This document shows, piece by piece, positions 1 to 18,639 of a DNA stretch of 64,000 bases. A program made the position numbers and the translations under genes. How positions within the stretch are numbered: position 1 is the stretch's first letter; each line of letters opens with the position of its first letter. Below the pieces are notes generated by a model. The model saw only the letters and a list, made by a program, of their open reading frames with translations, had not been told where the DNA came from and ran no database searches. Origin of the DNA: Bugula neritina (lineage: Eukaryota; Animalia; Bryozoa); the NCBI GenBank assembly GCA_964035545.1, contig OZ037765.1:31557504-31621503 (forward strand), in the 5' to 3' direction.

Positions 1-110
1 TACGATATGACGACCTTCTTTTGCCCCTTCTTTTGCCCGGCATCGGGATCTAAAGGTTCTTGAGTTACCTAGACCTATTAGTATTAGTATTACAGTACGA
101 GTATGAGTAT

Positions 111-415
111 TGTTATGATTTTCAGTTTTAGGGTCGATGTGCCACCAAGAGAGTCTATTTATCACTAGAGAAACTTCACCGAGTTAAGTCGAGTAGATAT
201 CGTTATATTTGAATACAAGAATACATAATAAAATCTAATATACAACAGTAATAATACGCACGTCTATTTAATTTACAGCACTATCCTCAACTGAGCTAGT
301 GGCGCGAAGCTGCTACTATTACTCATAAACAGCCTAGCTAATTGGCTAATACATTGTTCCGGGTCAATACGCAACCTTGCGTATTGTGTTGCTGGTAGCT
401 CCACGAGCCACCACA
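111..415 (-). repeat. 3' LTR of element 1 (305 bp)
   Basis: Matches 7120-7424 except G345 vs C7354; TG...CA termini; adjacent to polypurine tract. Confidence 0.97.
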
Positions 416-452
416 CTGCCCCCTCCAGCAGAAAGCCCTCTTTCTGATAAAA
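416..452 (-). promoter_or_regulatory. Polypurine tract (GGAGGGGGCAG) preceded by a conserved 7-bp hairpin
   Basis: Minus strand TTTTAT-CAGAAAG-AGGG-CTTTCTG-CTGGAGGGGGCAG abuts the 3' LTR; nearly the same motif at 34939-34976 in element 2. Confidence 0.85.
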
Positions 453-682
453 ATATAATTCACATAAAAAAAACGTATACTTCGTTGTGGAGAGAGAGAA
501 CAGTATAAAAGTATATACAAAAAAACAACCGATAAAATATACAGGTATATATATAAAACGTACACAATGTGTAATATGTAAGAGAAGGTCCTATTTACAT
601 GTAGAGTACGTGCCACCATAACGGTAGGGAATGCCACAGAGAGGTAGGGGAAGAGTAGTATGGAGTTGGAGATAGACTCATG

Positions 683-1627
683 TTAACTGCGGGCCGCACG
701 CTTCATGCGTTTAATAGACTCCTGTAGATATTTGAGTTCACTGGATGCAGCCTGCACCCGCGGGGCCAGTCTGTACACTTCTTGCTCTAGGTCGTGTGCC
801 CTAGCTTCTACTTCACGTAGGTTGCGGGCCAGGGGGGACGAACGAGAGGAAGTCTGCTGTCTGTGTCTTTTCCGTTCTGAGGATGGAAGGGGAGGAGGGA
901 GTGTATACGCCTTCGTGTCTACCCTCTGTAGTACGACACGGGGGAAGGTATGCGGGTGGCGTAGAGGACTGTGAGGTGGAGAGTTAGTTGACTGTATAGG
1001 TTTATCTGCGGCTCCAGAGATGATTGGTCGCGGGGAAGGAAAGCCTTGCTCCAGGCGAGATAGCCGAGCTGGGTCAGTGATGAGGGGTTTGATGGCGTTG
1101 AGAAATGCGGGATATGATGATTCGTCTACTTCATAGACGTGTCCTTGATAACACTGCATAGTGCGTTGGTGACGCAGTAGGTAATCACGATTGTAACTAT
1201 ATTCTCCACAGGGGCAGAACGTGGTGATGTAATGCTGCGGCAAGTGTACTTTCAGCCTGCGGTGGGTTGTAGAAGTTGTTGGGGCCGGCTCTGGGTCCCA
1301 CGCCATCTCTAGAGAAGGCATGCCCGGAGAGACGGGTGCGAGTGTGTCTACAAAAGTAGAATTATTGTTAAATCGCGGTGGATCTTTACAACATAATTCT
1401 AGTGACTGTCGACTGTTACTAGCCTGAGAGTCACAGCTTTTGGAATGCACTCGAGGAACCGATGAATCATGTGTGGACTGACCAAGAACAGTGTCTAGCT
1501 CCAGGTCTAACAGACCGTCGGCCATTACAGTGTCCTCATCATCATTCACATGAAACGTGGTTCCCAGTAATTCTGATTCAATCTGCTGAATTAGTTCAGA
1601 ATTTACTGGCATCGAGCTCGTTTCCAT
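683..1627 (-). CDS. Element 1 ORF3 (314 aa): non-env accessory protein with acidic N-terminus, C-x-C-x12-H-x5-C zinc-finger-like motif and basic/coiled-coil C-terminus
   Basis: Intact ORF between pol stop and PPT; homologous to 35215-36277 in element 2 with mainly synonymous differences in the MADxLLDLELDT block; no signal peptide or TM segment. Confidence 0.85.
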   Translation of the reverse strand: METSSMPVNSELIQQIESELLGTTFHVNDDEDTVMADGLLDLELDTVLGQSTHDSSVPRVHSKSCDSQASNSRQSLELCCKDPPRFNNNSTFVDTLAPVSPGMPSLEMAWDPEPAPTTSTTHRRLKVHLPQHYITTFCPCGEYSYNRDYLLRHQRTMQCYQGHVYEVDESSYPAFLNAIKPLITDPARLSRLEQGFPSPRPIISGAADKPIQSTNSPPHSPLRHPHTFPRVVLQRVDTKAYTLPPPLPSSERKRHRQQTSSRSSPLARNLREVEARAHDLEQEVYRLAPRVQAASSELKYLQESIKRMKRAARS

Positions 1628-1658
1628 GAATAGGAATACAAGACTTATACTGGCTTAC
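1348..1658 (-). other. Predicted spliceosomal intron (311 nt) spanning the pol stop and ORF3 N-terminus
   Basis: Donor CAG|GTAAGC at 1659/1658; branch-like TTTAAC, pyrimidine tract and TAG| at 1348; phase 1 at both ends, in frame with ORF3 Asp94; same signals at equivalent positions in element 2. Confidence 0.7.
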
Positions 1659-4600
1659 CTGTGAACTCGGTATTAATGTCCATACTCAACGTTCTTGGTA
1701 AGATTGGAGCTGGTTGTGAGATACGTCTGCCTTTGGCGATGTCAGCGTAAGAAAAGGCTGAGCATCGTTTCTGAGGCATGAGGTCGGAACTATTTGCTTT
1801 ACGCGCATTAATTCCTCCCACTATTCCGCCCTCGCAAAAGTTGATATTTGCGTGGGGTTCACAACTCCAACATTTTATCGTACGGTTTTCCCCTAGACTT
1901 TCATGAGTGCCGCTTCTAATGCAGTCACATACGAAGTCTTTTAAATATGGTGGGGCTTTCCTCGTACGCTGTCCCCGCTCTAGGGGGGGTGACACGCTCG
2001 CCGGTTCGTTAGTAGGGGCCTCTAATGGCGTCTCTACTTCACCGTTAGCGGTCATCTCTTCTTGTTCTCCGGATGGAGCCCCTCCCTCCGTGGGGGTTTG
2101 CACTTCCGGAACCGGATCGGTTTCTGGAAGTGATGGAATTAGACTTGGCGGTGGCGGACACGCTTCTGTTGACAAAAGCTGCCGCTCCTCTCTCACCAAG
2201 TTTTCTTCCCGCGGTATGACCACTTCGTATTCAGGTCCATGCCGCCGTCGCCCGCGCGTTGTTGTCTGCCTCCTGGGCTCCAACAACGGGGGGGCTTCTC
2301 CCACTGCGTCGGGGCTAGCCCAATACGGTTTCAAGCGAGACTCATTCTGGATAGACACCTGTCCTGAGCGCTCAATCTTGTACGTATGATTGGGCATAGC
2401 CTCGACGATCACATAGGGTCCTACGAACTTAGGCTTTAGTTTATCAGCCTGTCCGCGACGCCTACGGTAATTGACCATCCACACCTTATCTCCCGTTTGG
2501 TAGAGAGGTGGTTCATCGGAATCTTCGTGCCGCACCTTCCACTGCTGTTTGCGCAGTATATCGTGTGCGGCCTTCATCCGTTCCACTAGTTCACTGGCAT
2601 ACTCGTGAACCGAGTTGTCTTGCTCTGGAACGTGGTAGGTGAGATGGTCAGGGACACGAGTCTCTCTCCCGAGCATCAAGAGGTTTGGGGTCTCACCAGT
2701 ACTGGTGTGTGGGGTGCTACGGTATGCACGCATGACTTGCGGCAACACCGTATCCCATTCCTCTTGGCCTCGTCCAAGGAGGAGACTCCGGAGCGCATCA
2801 CCTAGCATCCGGTTGTTGCGCTCCACCACCCCATTACCTTGAGGGTGGTAGGGGGTGGTTCGGCTCTGATTTACTCCCCAGAGGTGGCAAAGGTCGCTCA
2901 TCAGTTGAGACTGGAATTGAGCGCCTTGATCAGAGTGTATCTGTTCGGGGAGACCAATATAACAGAATACATGTTGGTCTAGTGCCCTGGCCACTGTTGG
3001 GGCTGACGCATCTGGGATAGCCAGAGCATCCACCCACCTAGTAAAGTGGTCGGTTAGTACTAAGATCCAACTATTGCCTCTGGGGGTCAGGGGCATGGGT
3101 CCGACCAGGTCTACAGCGACTACTTGCCAGGGCCTACCAGCATATAGCCTCCGCCGTCCTGCTTCACCAGGGGGACGGCTATGCTTACTGGCCTGACAGA
3201 TCTCACACTGTTTGACTCTGAGCCGGACGTCACGCTCCATTTGTGGCCAATACCACCGGAGTCGTAATTTGGATATCACTCTCTTGACCCCTGCGTGGGC
3301 CTGTTTGTGAGTATCCCAAATCAACTCACGGCGGATGGCCGTGGGGCAGACTACCCTCTTCCTCTCCGGGTGTCTGCCGCTGGCGGCTAGAGAGATGGTT
3401 AGTAACCCATCCTGCCCGATCCGCAGCGAGTCCCAACGCTGACAGTATAGCCGGAACTCGGCGCACTCCTGTCTTATGCGTTCCTCGCTGGGTCGTCGCC
3501 CTTCCTTTTTGGCCCGATATATGTCTGCCACTACTCCAGGTAGCTCTTCCTGGAGCTTCTTCAGCTCTCGGACATTATCGGCCAGTACAGGGTTGACGCG
3601 GAGGTTTTGTACACCCTCCGGGGACTCGTCAACCTCCTGTCTGAGTTGACCCTGGTCCCAGTCAAACGGTGCTCCATGGCGAGCCAGCGTCTCTAACTCA
3701 CATCGCGGGGGACCTCCGTCCCTCCTCTCGATGTTGAGACACTGTTTGCAACCTCCATCAGGTCAGCGGCTCAACCCATCCGCATTGCTGTGCCTCCTGC
3801 CCGGTCGATGTTCAATCCGGTATGAGAATTCAGCTAGGATTTCGAGCCACCGGGCGACCTGACTGGAGGGCTCTGCTCTCTTGCACAACCAGATCAGCGA
3901 GGCATGATCCGTATGCAGCCGGAACTTCCTGCCGTATAAGTATGGTCTGAAGTGCTTCACTGACTTGATTACTGCCAGCAGTTCCTTGCGGGTAGTGTAG
4001 TAATTTCGTTCAGCGGGTGAGAGAGACTTGCTGTAGTAGGCTACTACTACCTCTCGGCCTTCCTGCACTTGAGACAACACAGCGCCAACATTTTGGTCAC
4101 TGGCGTCCGTGTCGAGGATGTACTCCAGAGTGGGGTCTGGGTAGGCCAAGATGGGCGCCGTTAGTAGGCAGCCCTTGAGGCGGTCGAACGCTCCTTGTTC
4201 GACTGGGGTCCACTGCCACGTCACTCCCTTTGCGGTGAGCCAGTTTAACGGCTGGGCTATGCCCGCAAAGTCCGGTATGTATTGCCTGTAATACCCTACC
4301 AGCCCCAAGAAAGCCCGGAGTCCGGTCAAGTCTTGGGGGGTGACCCAGTCTTCTATCGCCCGTACCTTTTCGGGATCCGTTGCCACGCCGTTTCGACCGA
4401 CAACGTGCCCCAGGTACTTGACCTCCGGCTGCAATAGAGCGCACTTGGAAGGTTTGAGCTTAAGACCGGCACCTCGGAGTCTCTCGAAAACCTCCTGCAG
4501 ACGACTGACATGTGTCTCGAAGTCTGGAGAGATTACGATGACATCATCGAGGTAGACCAGCAGTGTCTTCCAATGGAGCCCGCTAAGGACTTGTTCTATC

Positions 4601-6267
4601 AGCCTCTGGAAGGTGGCTGGGGCGGAGGTTAACCCGAAGGGCAGCCCCTTCCACTTCCACAGCCCGTCCCGTGTGATAAACGCCGCTTTCTCCTGTGCGT
4701 CGGGACTCAGAGGGACTTGCCAATAGCCACTCAGCAAGTCTAATGTACTGAAGTACTTGCTGCCGGCTAGGGCGTCCAAGGACTCGTCAATACGAGGTAG
4801 AGGGTAGGCGTCCTGTATGGTTACGTTATTGAGTTTACGGTAATCCACACAGAACCGCCAACTGCCGTCTTTCTTCCGGACCAGTACGACCGGTGAGCTC
4901 CACGCACTATGGGCGGGCTCTATGAGGCCGCGGTCCAGAAGATCCCGTACTTGTCGGCTAACCTCCTTCTCTTTTTCCGGCCCCAGCCTGCGTGTGGGTT
5001 GCCGGACAGGGACTGTCCCTGCAGTCAGCGGTATTTCGTGTCTGACAATTCCAGTCAGCCCCACGTCATGATCTCCGCTACTGAACACATCACCGTAGTC
5101 GCGTAGCAACTTCGCCATAGCTTGGCGTTCCTTGTTGCTCGCGCAGCCGCCACAGGCTGTTTCATATAACTCCCTGAGATGTGTTGGGACTGCCCCTCGT
5201 CCCTGAATAGGGTGTCGAGGGGGTGCCTCCGTCGCGTCACCCAGCGACGGGCCCACGTCCTCTTCCTGGACGGAGTGGAACCGGCCCAGCATTGACCCAG
5301 CTGGGAGCTCAATGGGCTCGGTAAAGGGGTTGACACACTGCACTAAGACCTCCCCTCGCTCAGTTAGTCGGTTTAAACTACTGGCGAGTTGGATCCTTTC
5401 GTGCGCGCCTTCAACGACCCCGAGCCTGGCTATCCGGTTGCTGTTCACTCGGCAGTGGATAGTAGCTCTGGAGCGTCCGGGCACGGTGCAGTTTCGAACT
5501 ACCTGAACACCGCCCACCTGAGGACGCCCAAACTTATCCACACAGGCGAGTTCTCGCCCGCCCATCAGCACCACCGACTTGCTAAAGTCTATTCGGCACT
5601 GGTGTTGCTTCAAGAAGGGCATTCCGAGGATAGCATCTTCCTCCAGTTGGCTTATGACAAAGGTCTCCTGTACAGCCTGGTCTCGGACACGCCCAGGGAG
5701 CTCGATAATACCATAAAAGGGAATACATGACCCGTCTGCCAGGGTGCCATGTTCCCCAGTATACGGTCGTACTCTATCCCTGTCCCGGCGGGGCAGTGCC
5801 TCAAAGACTCTACGACTGAGAAGGTTGGTAGTACAACCGGAGTCGAGCAGGAAAGTGACGGCGTTGCCGGCCACCTTTCCGGGTAGGAAATAGCTCTCTC
5901 CATGTGGTTGTACTTTCACCCCCGCATGTGCTGTCCTAGATTGGTAGGACGGCGGGGGTTTCACCCGTGGTTTACGGGGTTTCCGGCGGCGAGGTTGGTG
6001 CCGGCGGGGTTTGGGGCTCTCCACTGGGCCTTCTGGCTCCATTTCAGTGGCGGGCTCCTCTTCCCGAGGTAACCGGTGGAACCGGTTGGCGAGTGGCAGG
6101 GAGAAGGTACTCGGCCGTTGTGCGGGCCTACTAGTCCTGCGTGGTACCTGCCACTCGGGTGGAGTGTTCCGTCGTGTCCGTACGGACAGACGACGGCGTG
6201 TCCCACCATACTCCTTCAGTTGCGGCCCGCGGGGAGGGAGAGTGTCCGCGGGCCGTGACAGTTTAAC
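1645..6267 (-). pseudogene. pol: Element 1 pol (protease, RT, RNase H, integrase), interrupted by a single in-frame TGA at 3763-3765
   Basis: ORFs 3763-6042 and 1645-3531 are in the same frame and the gap is otherwise open; ADGLSR* corresponds to ADGLSRRP in element 2 (probable CGA>TGA); frame open upstream to 6315. Confidence 0.93.
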
Positions 6268-7086
6268 GCCCCCTGGTATTGGGGTCGTCCTTTCTGTCCC
6301 TGGTCCTGACCAGCACTACTCCAGCCCTGCCCCACAGGCGTTGGGGGCACCCGCAGGGCCTGACCGGGGCCAGCACCGGCCAGAATGGTTACCAGTTGTC
6401 CCAGCATCTCTACCATACGGTCCACTTCGGCTTCCAGCGGGAGGGCTTCGGGACCTGTCGTAGCCCTGGCAGCGCTGACTCCAACTACTGGTGAGTTCCG
6501 TTGGGCTCGATGCATTTGGGTAGCCAACAGGTAAGCTAGCTTCTCCAGCCTTCAGGGCATCCTCTATTCTGGTTATCCCTTTAGCTCGTAGTTGATGGTG
6601 TAGGCCCAGGTCGTTTAGTGACTGGACAAAGGCGTCATAGGTGTAACGCTCTTGGTGTTGTGCTGGCAGATCGCTATACGCAATCTGCGCCAGCTTCTTC
6701 ACCGTCGCGGCATGTTCTTGCAGCGAGGTCCGCGGGGTGCGGCACAATCTCTCTAGCTTGGTCCTAGCGTCTATTGCGGAGATGCCAAAACGGGCCCGCA
6801 GCGCAGCCAGTATCCCGTTTACATCCGTTCCCACTCCGTACGGCTTGGCTTGTTCCGTCACCGCTCTCCGCAATTGGATAAGGGCCACTCTATGCGGCCA
6901 TTGAGCAACCTCCATTACCTCTCTAAACTCTTGTATAAACTGTTCGACATCCTCTGACCCAGTAAAGGTGGGAGCTTTCAAGCAATATCTATAAGCTTCT
7001 TCTCCCTCACGATTCACAGGATTAACATCATTTCTGCGCTCACCTTCTACTGGGGGTGGTTGCATTCTAGCATTTCCAGTCTCCAT
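6216..7086 (-). pseudogene. gag: Element 1 gag, frameshifted by a 4-bp AGCT duplication at about 6534-6541
   Basis: APTFTGSEDVEQFIQEF capsid-like motif; removing the duplicated AGCT restores GEAYLLATQM (cf. GEDYLRAE in element 2) and joins ORF 6316-7086 to ORF 6216-6527. Confidence 0.85.
6223..6267 (-). promoter_or_regulatory. Putative -1 programmed ribosomal frameshift signal: G_UUA_AAC, 5-nt spacer, 10-bp all-GC stem
   Basis: Heptamer at 6267-6261 in gag phase; CGGCCCGCGG/CCGCGGGCCG stem at 6255-6223; pol lies in the -1 frame of the repaired gag. Confidence 0.75.
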
Positions 7087-7100
7087 CTTTGATGTACACT

Positions 7101-7118
7101 ATCCCACCGCTGCCACCA
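7101..7118 (-). promoter_or_regulatory. Primer-binding site complementary to tRNA-Leu 3' end
   Basis: TGGTGGCAGCGGTGGGAT one base after the 5' LTR; complement ATCCCACCGCTGCCACCA matches the metazoan tRNA-Leu(AAG/TAG) 3' end plus CCA. Confidence 0.9.
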
Positions 7119-7119
7119 C

Positions 7120-7424
7120 TGTTATGATTTTCAGTTTTAGGGTCGATGTGCCACCAAGAGAGTCTATTTATCACTAGAGAAACTTCACCGAGTTAAGTCG
7201 AGTAGATATCGTTATATTTGAATACAAGAATACATAATAAAATCTAATATACAACAGTAATAATACGCACGTCTATTTAATTTACAGCACTATCCTCAAC
7301 TGAGCTAGTGGCGCGAAGCTGCTACTATTACTCATAAACAGCCTAGCTAATTGCCTAATACATTGTTCCGGGTCAATACGCAACCTTGCGTATTGTGTTG
7401 CTGGTAGCTCCACGAGCCACCACA
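7120..7424 (-). repeat. 5' LTR of element 1 (305 bp)
   Basis: Direct repeat of 111-415, followed on the minus strand by the PBS. Confidence 0.97.
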
Positions 7425-7813
7425 GTATTACCATTGGCATTAGCATAACTCTTAAAGTATGAGTGTTACCATTACAGTTACTCATAGTGATAGTGATACT
7501 GATACACTTACAGTGATAGTAATACTGATACTTAAAGTCAATGATAATCTTACAGTTCTACTATAACTAATAGTAATACTAATACTAATACTAATAGTAA
7601 TAGTAATATAGTATTACCATTAGTATTTATATTATTATTACTATTACTATTAGTATTAGTATTAGTAATACTATTAGTTATAGTATAACTGTAAGATTAT
7701 CATTGACTTTAAGTATCAGTATTACTATCACTGTAAGTGTATCAGTATCACTATGAGTAACTGTAATGGTAACACTCATACTTTAAGAGTTATGCTAATG
7801 CCAATGGCAATAC
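7425..7813. repeat. Long inverted repeat (arms about 180 bp: 7425-7607 and 7636-7813; spacer about 28 bp)
   Basis: Arms are reverse complements with about 3 substitutions and one 6-bp indel. Confidence 0.9.
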
Positions 7814-8851
7814 TAATAGTAATACTAATACTCATACTTAAAAGTTAATAAGTTAATTATTAATAATAATAACTACAGTTAATAGTAATATAATAGTTAA
7901 TAACTATAAGTTAATGTTGCAATAGTTATAGCAAAAAAAAGTTATTACAAATTATTTAGAATCATTTTATATAAATTCAAAATTATAAGCACGCCATACA
8001 ACCTTCTTGCGAGAATTTGTATGAACTTGAGCCGCATAAATAAAATTACAAGTGTTGCAGTATGAAACCCTGAAGTGAGAATTTTTATCGAACATAGCTA
8101 TAGTCCTAGTAATATAATTGCAGGAGTAGTTATGTAAAGCAATTTGAAGAGAAATAATTTGCATGCGTTGTAGCAAGATTTTATATCAACACTTTAGTAA
8201 CACAAGATTTATCTTATCTCGCAATTGTATTGCCGTTGCTAAAAAACAGGTGAAAGCCATCATTATTGACCTCAAAGCTCAAAAAATTAGCAACACAGTA
8301 TTTTAGATAAGTAATTTGTTTTTGCAAAACTATCCTATTTTGAAAATAAAAGTTTGGGAAATAAAAAAATTGTGATAATCAAAATTGAGTTACAACTTGT
8401 AACAACCACCAACTACTTTCATTCACATTAATATGGTTTATAAAGTTGGTCAAGTGGAGCATGCTATATTTTTGCAACAATTTCACATAGAATATATAGG
8501 TTACAAAGAATATAGTAAAATAGTTGTATAGTTGTGTACTATAGTAATACAGATGTGTTTTAATATTTTATTATAAATAGATATGTACATCAAATAGTAG
8601 AGAGACTTTCTATCATAGAAAATAACTCATGCTGTGATTGAGAGGGACAAGAATAAAGATGTCATGAGTGTGAACTTCTGTGACCAGCAAATCTATAAGT
8701 GTGAATATATATACAAGTAATACTTTAATATCAGAGACACTAATAAATACATAAACAAATAAAATGCATTACAATTATTCTTGGCACTTGGCATGCAAAT
8801 AAAACTATATACAAAACAGCTATTCTAATTTTTGTATCTGAATATTTTTAG

Positions 8852-18639
<9,788 letters not shown>

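Larger units (their letters stand above)
111..7424 (-). mobile_element. Full-length Ty3/Gypsy LTR retrotransposon (element 1): 5'LTR-PBS-gag-pol(PR-RT-RH-IN)-ORF3-PPT-3'LTR
   Basis: Two 305-bp TG...CA direct repeats (111-415, 7120-7424) with one mismatch seen; 4-bp TSD GTAT at 107-110 and 7425-7428; Gypsy domain order LLDSG protease, YLDD RT, TDAS RNase H, HHCC/DDE integrase with GPY motif. Confidence 0.98.

Noticed and set aside
683-1627. ORF3 as an env gene (errantivirus)
   Set aside because: No signal peptide, fusion peptide or transmembrane anchor
1645-2300. Chromodomain at the integrase C-terminus
   Set aside because: No aromatic-cage/YLVKW-type motif; the tail is Pro/Glu-rich
6316-6318. 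Apparent stop-codon readthrough: gag ORF ends in TAG and pol continues in the same frame
   Set aside because: Better explained by the 4-bp AGCT duplication at about 6534-6541 shifting gag into the pol frame; the repaired gag matches element 2 and puts the slippery site in phase
705-6494. Numerous antisense and alternate-frame ORFs inside the elements
   Set aside because: Expected shadows of GC-rich coding sequence; no independent motifs
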